Shown one piece after another: positions 29,321 to 43,049 of a stretch of DNA of 64,000 nucleotides. This DNA is from Octopus vulgaris (lineage: Eukaryota). Each line of letters opens with the position of its first letter. Positions within the stretch are counted from its first letter, which is position 1. The stretch lies in NCBI GenBank assembly GCA_951406725.2, contig OX597830.1:33232001-33296000 (forward strand), in the 5' to 3' direction. Made by a program: the position numbers and the translations under genes. The notes beneath the pieces are model-generated. The model had not been told where the DNA came from, did not search any database, and saw nothing but the letters and a program-made list of their open reading frames with translations.

Positions 29321-29469
29321 AGAAGCTAAAATACAACACTAACATGCAATCATTCAATCACCATGATCTCTATCTTTCTCCTCATCACTAAATAATGATC
29401 ATCTCCTTAGCGCTGAATTATCTTCAGACGCTCTCAAAAGCATAAGTCTTCTTCAGTTCACACTTTAAG

Positions 29470-29650
29470 ATTATCTCTACGGATTATCTATTGAAATTAT
29501 AGCCAGCTCTGATTTGTGATGACATTTTGTATCTGAATACATCTAATGTAAATAATGTGATTGAAGATGGAAAAATAGGTTGTGGGTGTATATGCACATT
29601 TCAGGAGTTGTTGCTCTTTCATCAGTGCTGCATCCAATCCATTAACCATC
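29470..29650 (-). mobile_element. Dispersed repeat with a decayed hammerhead motif; second copy at 58925-59105
   Basis: Reverse complement CTGATGA-AAGAG-caacaa-CTCCT-GAAA-TGTG-CA; ~180 bp clearly homologous to the 58.9-59.1 kb segment. Confidence 0.65.
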
Positions 29651-29934
29651 AGAGAAGAATGGTGCATTGGATCTTTGTGGTCCTAGGAGCACTATAATCA
29701 GGAAAAACAGATTGTATGGTAATGACTGGAATGCTTGTTGATAAGACCTTGAATGGACTAAACAATGATATCAACAACATCATAAAGGGAAACAAGAACA
29801 GCAACAACCAAAACTGGTCGGTCTCTTCATGGTTATTTACATCAATATTGCCATAGTCGTTAGCACATACCATTAAAATCTTGCTCATCTGCCATACTGC
29901 CAGTACCACTATCACCACCACCACCACCATCACC

Positions 29935-30123
29935 AGCGGTTAGGGTACTGTACTCATGATTGTAAGATCGTGGTTTCAATTCCTAGCCCAGGTGGTGCAT
30001 AAACCCTGCCAAAACAGCCATAAACCCTGCCAAAACAGACACAGAAATCTAGTGCAGGCTCCTGCTTGGCCAGCTCCTGACAAACTGTCTAGCCTATACC
30101 AGCATGGAAGACGGACGTTAAAC

Positions 30124-30159
<36 letters not shown>

Positions 30160-30207
30160 ATATAGCATTATCATCATCATCATTTAAAGTCCGTCTTCCA
30201 TGCTGGT
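29935..30207 (+). mobile_element. SINE family C-related copy with (GAT)n tail, followed by an inverted copy of its own tail
   Basis: accagcatggaagacggacgttaaacgatgatg...atcatcatttaaagtccgtcttccatgctggt. Confidence 0.75.
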
Positions 30208-30272
30208 GCGTGTGTGTATATATTTATATATCATATATAAAGATTGAAGATAGATAGATAAACACACAGACA

Positions 30273-30315
<43 letters not shown>

Positions 30316-30540
30316 ATACTTAGCATTTTATCATATCTACAGTTGATTGTAGATTCCATCTTTGCTTCTGTTCCTTAGTTTGGTAAATTAAATGTAAGCA
30401 TAACCAATTAGGTTTTTAGGTTCCATAGAAATGGTAAGGTTCTGCCTTTCCAAACACAATTGCCATACTGATAGGAATCTCAAGACCAACTGCCTTGACC
30501 ACATGGACATTTTACTTAAAAGAATGCACAAAAATTACAT

Positions 30541-30662
30541 TTTCTTCTTCTTCTTCTTCTTCTTCTTCTTCTTCTTCTTCTTCTTCTTCTTCTTCTTCTT
30601 CTTCTTCTTCTTCTTCTTCTTCTTCTTCTTCTTCTTCTTCTTCTTCTTCTTCTTCTTCTTCT
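30541..30662. repeat. (TTC)n
   Basis: Directly visible. Confidence 0.95.
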
Positions 30663-30921
30663 TTCTTTTCTTTCCTCCTCCTCCTTGTTCTCTTTCTTTC
30701 TTTCTTCTTTTCTTTCTCACCTCATCCCACTTTCTCTCTTTGAGAACTTTTGTTTATTTGATTAAGTAAGTTTCTACTGGTTTTAATCTATTTAAAAAAA
30801 ATAAAATGAAAAAAAATCAAGAAAAATAAGTATAAAATAACTGAGAAAATAACAGCCAAACAAACAAATAGAAAACTCTATTTACTTTCCAGCAACTCTC
30901 CTTGATCTATCTGTTATTACA

Positions 30922-30995
<74 letters not shown>

Positions 30996-31309
30996 CCTCT
31001 TCTTTTTTCCATTTCGCATCCCTTTCTTTCTTTATTCATTAAGAGCAAGCTATTGGATCATTTCAGACAGAAAGAATTATCTATTTCTGTTTCCCATCCA
31101 CCCACCCATCTACCCACTCACCCACCTCCCCGCTCGTTTCTAATGCCGCCCACACCTGCCCCCACCCCCTTCCATACGGGTTGTCTTGTTATTTTATTTC
31201 CCACTCTCTCAATTCCCTCCTCTTTCTTTCCTTTCTGCCTTTCGTTCTTTTTATTTCCTCCCTCCAAACGCTCATCCCTCCCCCTCCTCCCCTCCCCCAC
31301 CACATAAAC

Positions 31310-31341
<32 letters not shown>

Positions 31342-32107
31342 TTTACTCAAACACCACAGACTCCACCACTTGAATAACGAAGACATTCGGAAACATCATA
31401 TGCTGCAAATATACAAACATTCTTTTCCCCCAGAGGAAAAGAAGAAAGATTCTTTTCATAGATTTCTCTCAACATAATTGGTTTAGGGATCTCTGACCTG
31501 CTCACATGTTTGGATTTAGTTTCCTAAAAGAAAGCAACTTTTCCACTCTTCATCTTAGCTAAGAGAAGGTCTGTTCTCTTTTATTGAACCGCTTTGGAAA
31601 TTAAGCAATTATCTAGACTGTAGGAGTTTGGTTGCAGTGCACCACAATCAGTTTGGTAAGCAATAGTTGGTGCTTAGATCTGGAAATGATAATGAGAATG
31701 TGTGAAGCGCAAAAGAAAATAGTCGTTAAATTTGCCAATAAATAAAAACAGTAGAATCTAACATAATTTAGAGAAGGGAATTTTCAGCAAAGACATTCTA
31801 CAAACCTGGTTAGAAAGCATATATTTATGTACATCTCTGCATGTATGTAAGTATACATAGTTATATCAGATAGATGTAAATACATATATATGTGTATATA
31901 TATGTAAATATGTGTGTGTGTATGTGTGTATATATGTATTTATATGTATGTATCTATCTATCTGTCTATCTATCTATCTGTTTATCTAACTGTCTGTCTA
32001 TCTATCTATCTATCTACCTATCTACCTATCTATCTATGTATCTATCCATCCATCCATCTATCTATCTATCTATGTATCTATCCATCCATCCATCTATCTA
32101 TCTATCT

Positions 32108-32557
32108 AGATGGGTGAATGTAGCAAGAATGGCACGTATGAATGACGAAGCCACCTTGAGCATAGTCCTATGAACCCAGAAATCGAAAACAGAGAGTTGC
32201 TTATTTGCAAAAAAAAAAAAAAAGAAATATAAAATGTGACATCATTGACCGAGGTTACCGTGGTCTTTTCCGTAGGCTTTTCTTTGCACGGGTAAACCTC
32301 ACCTGTCCTCCCCTTTACACTTCATATTGACATTTCTGTGATAACGATCCCTATTGATCAATTTTTTTCCTCCCCCCTTTTTTTTAAACCCCCTTTTTTT
32401 TGTCCTCTTTCTCTCCTTTTACGATCCCTTTTGATCGAAACTCCCCTTCCTTTTTTTTTTTTTTTTTTTTTTTTTCTTTCTTAAACCTTCAAAAGAAAAG
32501 CTCTACCTTGTAATTTGTTCTATCTGTGTGCAGCCCTGTGTGGCTAATAAAGAAACA
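32108..32557 (+). mobile_element. Probable 3' end of an L1/Tx1-like retroelement inserted in (TATC)n
   Basis: Short ORF end RWVNVARMARMNDEATLSIVL*, pyrimidine-rich UTR, AATAAA just before the (TATC)n array; (TATC)n on both sides. Clade assignment is inference. Confidence 0.45.
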
Positions 32558-32616
<59 letters not shown>

Positions 32617-32669
32617 ATATATATATATTTATGTATGTATGTATATATATGTATAAAAATTATATATAA

Positions 32670-33095
32670 AAAGGGAGAAGAACATAAAATACACAAAGAG
32701 ACGACACAAAAAATGGACGGGTCATTCGAAGCCTTTAATCTTCAGTCAGGAACCAGATCATCGTAGCAAATTTCGGCTGATTAATCCTGATATTGCTCCG
32801 AAATGGTCAGCCCCAATGTAAAACTAATCTGCGAGCATTAGATTTCTTGGAAAAAGGATTGAATGTAAATGAAACAAGGACAGAAAAACAGACGAAGCCA
32901 CACGAATATAAATACAAAAAACAAAAACAAAAATAAAAAGAAGAATGGTAATAGCAGGACAACAGCAGGTGTCTTACGACTTTAGACAAATTTAACTTAT
33001 CTAGCAGGCATTTTTTTGAAAAAATGCCTTTTCAGTGGACGAAGACAATGTTGAACCGGCAGCGGTCACCAGCGGAATGGCTGCAGGTCACGTGA
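32670..33095 (-). mobile_element. Structured repeat fragment next to (TA)n, possibly PLE pseudo-LTR derived
   Basis: CpG-retaining island with several hairpins (GGCTGA...TCAGCC-GAAA; GGCATTTTTT/AAAAAATGCC) and an end organised like the 45541 and 18233 elements. Confidence 0.4.
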
Positions 33096-33520
33096 GAGTA
33101 GAGAGAGAGAGAGAAAAAGAGAGAGAAGGAATTAAAGAGGGGAGAAGAAACAGAGCGCGCCAAGCATGCACGCTCTCATTTTACACACACAAACACATAT
33201 CTATATCTATTTATCTATCTATCCTATCACTCTCTCTGTCTCTGTCTGCCTTCTATATATATATATATATATATATATAGTACAATGTGTGTATGTATAC
33301 ACACACACACACACATTGTACTATTTGATTATTGGTCAAATCAGCCTAAAAGTACTCAATCCAATGAAATATATGTATCTCTTAATGAATATAGATGTAA
33401 TGCATGAGCTACCTCATCTTTCATCAAAGTACAGTGATTGAATGGGCAAGCTTCTTTGATTACTGCACTAAGTGAGCATGAAACTTTAAGTAATCCATGT
33501 ATAACTCCTGTACTCATTAA

Positions 33521-33576
<56 letters not shown>

Positions 33577-33580
<4 letters not shown>

Positions 33581-33786
33581 TGTGTGGTAAGAAGCTTGCT
33601 TCCCAATCTCATAATTCTGGGTTCAGTCCCACTGCATGATACCTTGGACAAGTGTTTTCTGATATATCCCTCGAGCCGACCAAAGACTTGTGAGTGGATT
33701 TGGTAGATGGAAAATAAAGAGGCCCGTTGTATATATATATATATATATATATACATACATACGTACATACATACATACATACATTC

Positions 33787-33818
<32 letters not shown>

Positions 33819-34102
33819 ATGTATTTATGTATGTATATATGTATGTATATATTTGTGTGTGTATCTGTGTGTATATATTTGTGTGTGTATATATTTGTGT
33901 ATATATTTGTGTGTGTATCTGTGTTTGTCACTCCACCATCACTTGACAACTCATGTTGGTGTGTTTACATCCTTGTAACCTAGCAGTTCGGCATCAGAGA
34001 CAGATAGAATAAGTACCAGGCTTAGAAAAAATAAATCCTGGGGTCAGTTTTTTTCTACTAAAGGCAGTGCTCCAGCCAGGCCACAGTCAAATGACTGAAA
34101 CC
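33577..34102 (+). mobile_element. SINE family A with expanded internal microsatellite
   Basis: Head tggctgtgtggtaagaagcttgc, ~190-nt TA/TG block, tail aaatgactgaaac. Confidence 0.88.
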
Positions 34103-34162
34103 TATAGAACAATAAAACAATAAAAGAAATATATATATACATGAACGTTTGTGCATGTGCAT

Positions 34163-34215
<53 letters not shown>

Positions 34216-35349
34216 CATATGTATGTATAAGCTCCTTGAAGAGCAGAAAGTGGGTCATTTTCAGTGCAGCACTCTACCCAAATTTTAGGCTACTCTCTCA
34301 AGTAACATCGAAATTCTGCAAATGTAGAAAATGCAAGTTTCTCATCAGTAAAACGAATATGTAGATTTAGCAAAAATTAAAATATAATCCAAATAAGAAA
34401 ACAATAAAAGAGTTTATCACATCTTTAACACATAAAGTACGATGGGCCATGATCGTGACCATCAAGCACAGGTCGACAGGCCACGATTTTGGCCCAGATA
34501 GATGCATTTACTGTACAAGACTCACCTTCTTCATCCAAAAATGGCTTTAAAAATACCCCTGCATCCAACACACTCAATGTAGGCTCAAAACTCATTCAGA
34601 ATGGTATGTATGTTTACAAAACATGTGCTGCCATCTATTGGTGAATAATGGCCTACGGTATGTTTATATTGAAAGTGGATGCTATAAATTCCTAATAATT
34701 ACTAGTAATAACATAAAGTCATACAGGTAAGTGGAGGAATAAAAACATTATTTTAGAGGTAATTTATTTTAAATAAGTATAACCTTTTAAATAAGTATAT
34801 TTTAAATAAGTATAGTCTAGGGGGCATCCTATGCACTTGTGCATCTTATAAGCCATTAAATACGGTAATTTGTTGGGGTCTAATGTCACTGAAATGCTGT
34901 GGTAACCCCCAGAATGTAGGAGGACTAATGGTTCAACTAATGACTTTTCAGATGATGTAAAACTTGCCACCATTATATACTAAGAAGATATTTTAACTAT
35001 TTTTTTGTTTTTTTATGTGTGCATGTTAGTCTCATTTTCATAAAATGTGCTCAGAAGTCCATGCTATGTAAGTGCAAATCCCAGCGCTTTATCGGTTAAT
35101 GACCATTTACAATTGTTTCAGTACCAACTCTGTTTTTAATGCCAATTCATGCAAAAGTTCCATGTGGTAAGTTAACCAAATATTGGTAGTTTTAAACATT
35201 AGAATGGCACTTCTCCAGACCTGCATTGAAAGGGAACTCTTATCTTTGACAATAAGACTCCATGAAATACAATATGCTCACAACAGTAGCATTTGTCTTC
35301 ATGAAAAATATATAGCAGAATTTAAACCCATGATTAAAATGTATACATC

Positions 35350-35464
<115 letters not shown>

Positions 35465-35669
35465 TATATACATGCCAAAAATTAGTTTACGTGATCTAGA
35501 CAGAACTGTTTCTGAAAGCCCTGATTTCATGTAGGACTTCCTAGGCAAAATGTTATACTGCATAAGGGACCTTTTTGAGTTGCTGTCTTGGAAGTAATCA
35601 TAGTAAAAGCAAATTACACAAATGTACACAAGTGGTAGATGCCTGCCAGTAACACTGATTGCATTGTAA

Positions 35670-35741
<72 letters not shown>

Positions 35742-35993
35742 GACAAAGAGTAAAAAGTCGTTTGGGGTATGTGAAGTCAAATTCCTAGGTACACACGTAT
35801 GCACACACACACACACACATCACGCATGGAGAGTGTGTGTTTGTGTGTTTGTGTATGTGTGTGTGTTCGTGTGTGTGTGTATGTATGTGTGTATTGTGTG
35901 TAATGTTCCTGATTTCAATATGCACCCTTTCAAAGTGAAAAGTTAAAATAAATCTTATTTATTTGCTGAGTAAATATATATATATGCATATGT

Positions 35994-36050
<57 letters not shown>

Positions 36051-36233
36051 CATATATGTATATATAAATGCATATTTAGGTATATATCTATCTATCTATT
36101 TATATATATACATACATATATGTATATATATGCATGTATATATAAATATATATGTATATATATATATATAAACACACACACACACACATGCATATATATA
36201 TACATGCATATATATATGTGCATATATATATAC

Positions 36234-36306
<73 letters not shown>

Positions 36307-36329
36307 GATATAGATATATATATAATATG

Positions 36330-36380
<51 letters not shown>

Positions 36381-36869
36381 TATGCTTAAACTTTTTGAAA
36401 TTGGTATGAAGTTAAATCACTTTTCTGTGTGATTTTTTTCTGCTTAGATCTTGGCCATATGCTTTGGCTTGTTTTGGCTGCAACACAGAGCAGACTTTCC
36501 AGATTATTTGTCTATAGATACCTTACAATCTATGTTATGGGATGTAACTTCACAAGCCATAAACTAACTGCCTGATATCTTATCAATTCTTGTGCACTAC
36601 AACCTCACCTCATATGCAACTTACCAAAATTAAAGAACTATTTTTTTGCTCGATTTTTTTGCTTCTTTTCTTTTAATTCTTTTTATCGTTTTTGTTTTTT
36701 TGGGGTTTTTTTTGGGTTTTTTTTTTTGCTTTCATGTCTGCTCTGGGATTTCAGAAATTGCTGAAGCTGTGAAGTCATGATTTAGATATGTTATCTTTGC
36801 TTCATTTATAAAATGTTTTAAATATTTTTCTTCTTCTTTTATACTTTGAAAATGTTTGTAGGTTATATA

Positions 36870-37126
36870 TTCTTTTATTCTTTTATTTGTTTCACTCATT
36901 TGACTGCAGCCATGCTGGAGCACTGCCTTTAGTCGAACAAATCGACCCCAGGACTTATTCTTTCTAAGCCTAGTACTTATTTTATAAGTCTCTCTTGCTG
37001 AACCGCTAAGTGATGTAAACACACCAGCATCAGTTGTCAAGCAATGTTGGGGGGAAAAACACAGACACACAAACATACACACACACACATATAAATATAT
37101 ATATATACATATACACATATATATAT

Positions 37127-37172
<46 letters not shown>

Positions 37173-37334
37173 GATGGGCTTCTTTCAGTTTCCGTCAACC
37201 AAATCCACTCACAAGGCTTTGGTCGGCCCAAGGCTATAGTAGAAGACACTTGCTCAAGGTGCCACACAGTTGGACTGAACCCGGAACCATGTGGTTGGTA
37301 AGCAAGATACTTACCACACAGCTGCTCCTGTGCC
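36870..37334 (-). mobile_element. SINE family A, full length
   Basis: Reverse-complement match to the 25125-25550 copy. Confidence 0.9.
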
Positions 37335-37624
37335 TCTGCAAAATACATTCAAATATTGGCAAGATATGAAAATGTGTGTGTGTGTGGGGGGGGCAATGGG
37401 CGGTAGGGTGGGCTTGGAAGGAGTGTCTTTCTGTTCCCATTCATTGCAGTTTTGGTTAATATTGGGTCAAATATCTTCTATAATTATGCTTTTTAGAGAA
37501 GAAGTTGCTCGTTAAATGTAACCCCAGTTATTATATTATTGCAATTTTGTCTGCAATGGGAGTATCTTGCAGCCGTTCTTGGCTGAGCTGGACTATCTGG
37601 TCGCTTCGATTTATACTTACACGT

Positions 37625-37664
<40 letters not shown>

Positions 37665-37940
37665 CCCCCACCACCACCACCACTACCATCATCATCATCA
37701 TCATCATTTCACCATTGTCATCATCATCATCACAGCCATCATGATCATCATCACTATCATCATTGTCGTCATCAACATCATCATCAGCGCAATCATCATC
37801 ATCATCATTATCCCCACCACCACCACTACTATCATCATCATCATCATTTCACCATTGTCATCGTCATTATCACTACCACCACCATCATCATCATCACCAC
37901 GGCCATAATTATCATCACAGCCATCACCACCATCACCACC
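37625..37940. repeat. (CAT)/(CAC) trinucleotide tract with an internal duplication
   Basis: atcatcatttcaccattgtcatc occurs twice; explains the poly-H/I/S ORFs. Confidence 0.9.
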
Positions 37941-38153
37941 GCTGGCTTTATGCTCGGATGGAGGGGTTAAAATATGAGAGAAAGTGGGGTGAAGGCAAGG
38001 AAGGACAGGTTCTTGTGGAAGAGCTGCATAATTTAATTAGATGCATATGCACTTGTGTAGCTGGAGGACAGTAGGGGTAGTCTGCCCCAGTTGGCACTTT
38101 TAAAGGGGCAGCACTTTTGGGTCTGCTGAAGGCCATATGTGTTTTTTGTGGGG

Positions 38154-38193
<40 letters not shown>

Positions 38194-38194
38194 T

Positions 38195-38355
38195 ATGAGG
38201 GGTTTCTTTCAGTTTTCGTCTATCAAGTTCACTCACAAAGCTTTGTTCAGACCAAGGCTATAGCAGAAGATACTTGCCCAAGTTGTCACACAGTGAGATT
38301 GAACCCAGAACCATGTGGTTGATAAGCAAGCTACTTACCACACAGCCACTCCTGT
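38195..38355 (-). mobile_element. SINE family A, 5' half
   Basis: ttctttcagttttcgtctatc...gaacccagaaccatgtggttgataagcaagctacttaccacacagccactcc. Confidence 0.8.
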
Positions 38356-38751
38356 ACTTATATTTAATATTAGTATATATATATCACATAGCCCAGATTA
38401 TCAAGGAATGCTACTTGAGAGAGCCTCACATCTCATCCAGGGAGATATTTAACTCTCTTCTAATTTACTGTAAGAAGCAAGAACTATGCTCTACCAAGCC
38501 ATACAATCTAATTGTCAGGATCTTAATGCTAATTATATATTGTTTTGAAATTCTATTTTTTTATATAAGGGGTTATTGAGTCAGTAGATGCAAAAGGGTC
38601 TTTCAGAGCGAAAAGAACTCAGAATAGCAATCCTTGGTATGGTTAATTTCTTCGTTAGTATATGTGATCATTCTGATGATGTGTCCACATTGCCTGTCAA
38701 AGAAGCAGTGATAGAATAAGGGGGGAAAAAAATCGAACAGATGCGGTGTTA

Positions 38752-39125
38752 GAGTAGCAGGAGGAGGAGGAGTAGCAGAAGGAAGAAGAAGAAGAAGAAG
38801 AAGAAGAAGAAGAAGAAGATGAGGAGGTGTATGAAGAGGAGGTGGTGGAGGTGGAATAAGAAGAAGAGGAGGAGGAGGTGGAAGAAGAAGAGGAGGAGGT
38901 AGAAGAAGAAGAAGAGGAGGAGGTGGAAGGAGAAGAGGAGGAGGAGGTGGAAGGAGAAGAGGAGGAGGTGGAAGGAGAAGAGGAGGAGGAGGTGGAAGGA
39001 GAAGAGGAGGAAGAGGATGAGGAAGAACAAAAAGGGGAGGAAGAAAAAGAGGAGGAGGAAGTAGAAGAAGAAAAAGAAGAAGAAGAAGAAGAAGAAGAAG
39101 AGGAGGAGGAGGTGGAGGAGGAATA
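38752..39125. repeat. (GAA/GAG/GTG)n purine-rich tract
   Basis: Directly visible; includes a stop (gaataag) and no splice context, so the poly-E ORF is not treated as coding. Confidence 0.85.
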
Positions 39126-39270
39126 ACAATTGCAAATCAGCATCATCATCTGCAGCAGCCATAAAAAGACAGCAACAGTTACTGCAGTAAAATTACTACA
39201 TCATTGCCCTCACCGCTTTCACCCTTTCCTTCTCTCCCACACATATATATATACATATGTGTGTGTGTGT

Positions 39271-39318
<48 letters not shown>

Positions 39319-39504
39319 TAGGCAACATTAGATGTTGCTCTGGTAACCTGCTTAATTCAATAGGTAATTGGAGTTAACCAACATAGTGCCACTAATTGTC
39401 TGCGTCGATGGCACTTGGCCAGCGATGGCTAATGAATTCATCAATGTTCAACTAAGAATTACAATATCAAAAAATACTCCCTCCCTCATAGACATACTCG
39501 TATG

Positions 39505-39539
<35 letters not shown>

Positions 39540-39695
39540 TACACACTGTCATATATGAATGTATACACACATGCCTACTTAGATGAAAAAATCAAAAATG
39601 ATTTTCTGATTAAGGGAAGGAGAAAAAAATAACTTGGTTATTATATATTATACATCATATACATACATACACGCACACATATACTTATATATACA

Positions 39696-39746
<51 letters not shown>

Positions 39747-39757
39747 ACACACACATA

Positions 39758-39797
<40 letters not shown>

Positions 39798-40787
39798 CAC
39801 ACATATATATATATGTATGTATGTATGTACATATACATATATATATATATGTATATGTATAGTTGTCGTTTTTATTCATTTGTTTCTCTAATTATTCAAT
39901 CTCCCCTCCTCCTCCTCCTCATCTTTCTAAAAAAAAAAAACTAAAATATAAGGAGAATAGATACAATAGTAAAACATTAAATATAAAACAAGAACAAAAT
40001 TAATAAAACAAAAAAAAAACAAAACAAAAAAAAAAGCCGTAAAGAAACTAAAACTTCTGTAACAAGGTATTTCGAAGATTAAAAAGGATCTTCTTTATAA
40101 ATGTTGACTTGGAATTATGGTTATTATACAGATAGAGAAAATTAAGAACCAATTTGTATTAGCAAAAGATATAGAAAACAGAAAAATCAAACAAAAAAAA
40201 ACATTAAAAAAAAATAATAATAATAATATCACCAACAACAAGAATTTACTCTTTCATCTTACATTTCTTTCTTTTTTTTTTACAATTTTTTTTTACCATT
40301 TTTTTCTTCTCATTTTCACTTTCATTTGTACTTGGCTTTATATCAATGTGTTGTCGTTGTTGGTGGTGCAGTGTTATTTTTTTTGTTTTTGTTTTCTTAT
40401 TTCTTTTTTTTATTTTCTTCCGTTAAAAAAAAAAATAATAATAACAACAACAACAACAACAATGTTAATGTTAACTCTAAAATATCTAAGACTAAATAAA
40501 GTTTTACCCTTTTGAATATAATCACTCTTTTATAAAGTAATTCCTGTCTGCTATGCTATTCCACACCACACCAATACCGTTCCATACCAAAGTGCACCGC
40601 TCTCTACCATTCTGCACTACGCCATGCTAAACCTCATCAACACCACACCACACCACAGCCCTGCCACAACACCAAGCTTACCGTTTCCTTCGCCTTTCAC
40701 ATTGCTGTTGCATTCTCTGGCGGTTGTTTGGTTTAATCAACTTCATAGTTCTGAGAGAAAGAGGAACAGATTGAGATGGAGAAGGAC

Positions 40788-40819
<32 letters not shown>

Positions 40820-41204
40820 GTTGTCACTTTTAACCTCTAATGTGCTGGTAATATTGAAAGAGGTGGAGCAGAAGTAGAACTAAACTCGTTGGTAATTGTT
40901 ATGTTTGAATCAAGAACAAAAGGATTTTAAGTAATTGATTTTGATAAACTAGGACTAGCGGTATTTTTTTTTTTACTTTATGAACACACTAACACCTCCC
41001 ATGCTCAAAGATCTATGCCTAAATACCCTCCCCTACCCTGTTTTCTTTATTTTCGTTTTTATTCTTGCCCTTATTTCCTTGACTGAATATTTCCAGTGAA
41101 TTATCAGTAAAATAGAAAACATTTTACTATAGAAGTAAGCCTTGTGGCTGAACTGTTTTTGTTATTGAAATTTTGTAGGGTCAAACTGGCAAACTAATTC
41201 TGAA

Positions 41205-41513
41205 AGAAGCTTGCTTCCCAACCACAAGGTTCCAAGTTCTGTCCCACAGTGTGGTACCTTGGGCAAGTCTCTTCTACTACAGCCTGTAGCTAATCGAAGT
41301 CTTGTGAGAGGATTTGGTAAACTGAAACTTAAAATAGCTGGTCATATATACATATGTATATTTGTGTGAGTGTGTGTGTGTGTATATGTGTGATTGTCTG
41401 CCTGTGTCTGTATTTGTCCCCCATCAATGCTTGACAATCGATGTTGATGTGTTTACATCAACATAACTTAGTGGTTTGGTGAAAGAGGTCAAGAGAATAA
41501 GTACTAGGCTTAA
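41205..41513 (+). mobile_element. SINE family A, degraded
   Basis: aagaagcttgcttcccaaccacaaggttcc...agaataagtactaggctt. Confidence 0.8.
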
Positions 41514-41519
41514 ACAAAT

Positions 41520-41978
41520 GACCCTCTTTGGTCATGAATGACCATGGGATTGCACCTAGAAAGTTACCCTCCGAAACACAAATCCAGGCAAGGTTGTTTA
41601 TGGAAGAACAGCAATCACCCATGCATACCACCCTCCCCTCTCCACACCATCAATGTTATCCAAGGGAAAGACAAAGGGGCCGATTTAGTTTGGCACCAGT
41701 GACGTTACAACTCATTTCTACAGCTGAATGAATTAGAGCAACATGAAATAAAGTGTCTTGCTCAAGAACATGACACACAGCCCAATCCAGGAATTGAACT
41801 CACTACCTCGTGATTGTGTGACAAGGCTGGCCCTTTGAAATACAGGTACAACTCATTTTTGCCAGCTGAGTGGACTGGAGCAAATTGAAACAAAGTGTTT
41901 TGTTCAAGGACGCAACCCGTCACTGGGAATTGAACTCACAACCTTACAATCGTGAGTCAAAAGCCACATGCCTTCACA
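41520..41978 (-). mobile_element. Two adjacent family D-related SINE copies
   Basis: Two copies of actcattt...cagctga.tg.a.t.gagcaa...aaagtgt.ttg.tcaag...ggaattgaactcac (reverse complement of a tRNA head plus central domain). Confidence 0.75.
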
Positions 41979-42767
41979 CTTTATATATACATTGATAAAC
42001 TTATGCACCTGGATCTTAGAGGGTTAATTTTGAATTGAGTGGAGATGCTGTGAATGCTGGGTTTTGAAAGAGTTTAATGTAAGTTCAATACAAGAATTTG
42101 AAATATTATTCATATTTAGCAGAGTTGCGTAAATGATATTTTTGGTTTTGCATCTTCACTCCGATGGGCATTCACTTGGATTTGTTGAATTGTAGAATCT
42201 GCATAATTTTGTTTGCAACAAAGTCACCTTACTTCACATTAAAAGAATCACAATACCCAAAGAGACTATTTGTATTTCTTCTCTTTTCCAATTACCATTA
42301 TAAAGCTGTATACATTCCAATGAACGCTAATTTATAATACTCAACTATAACATCTATATTGAAAGTCCAGAACAGTTTAAGAACATGAATTCCGTTCAAA
42401 ATGATAGTTATATGTTTTGACTTTTACAGGTTTCTTTTAAATCTTTCCCAAACATTGTATAAGAAATATCTTTCTTCCTCTTTTTCTTTGAATTATATTC
42501 CCTCCCACAATTTTGCAGAACTTATATTTAACAAGATATCTACACTATTGTGCTAATTTTCCAGTCCTATTCTTGAATAATTTGAGGGATGAAACTATAA
42601 TGGAATAATATTCTTGACACTGTTAGTTTTGCCGTTTATTTGACATCCCATTACTAATAACATTGGATAAATCTTAAACTGTGTTATAAATACTTGGACA
42701 ATTTAATTCCATGCTGCACAAGCATACACACAAGCATACACACATACACACACATACATACATATAC

Positions 42768-43020
42768 AGTGGAGACCTGTGGTTTTGTGGTTAGGGTGTT
42801 GCGCTCATGTTTATAAGATAGTGGGTTCGATTCCTGGACTGGGATATGCATTGTGTTCTTGAGCAAAGCACTTCATTTCTCATTGCACCAACCTGCTCAG
42901 CTGGCAAAAGAAAGTGATCCTGTGACAGACTGATGACCGTTTGGATAGTGGTGAAACATATATTCTACAGAGTCTTGAAAACTGGCTCTGTGAGCCAATG
43001 GCTTGGAAAGGACTTTTGAT
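42768..43020 (+). mobile_element. Family D-related SINE
   Basis: gtggttagggtgttgcgctc...gtgggttcgattcctgg...gtgttcttgagcaaagcacttcatttc. Confidence 0.75.
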
Positions 43021-43049
43021 CCTCTTTGATATATATATATATATATATA

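Noticed and set aside
32755-32830. GGCTGA...TCAGCC-GAAA on the minus strand as a hammerhead
   Set aside because: The stem and GAAA are present but no CUGANGA-like or 3-8 paired core precedes the stem.
38697-39162. Poly-E, poly-S and poly-F/L ORFs
   Set aside because: GAA/GAG microsatellite; no splice context or unique coding sequence.
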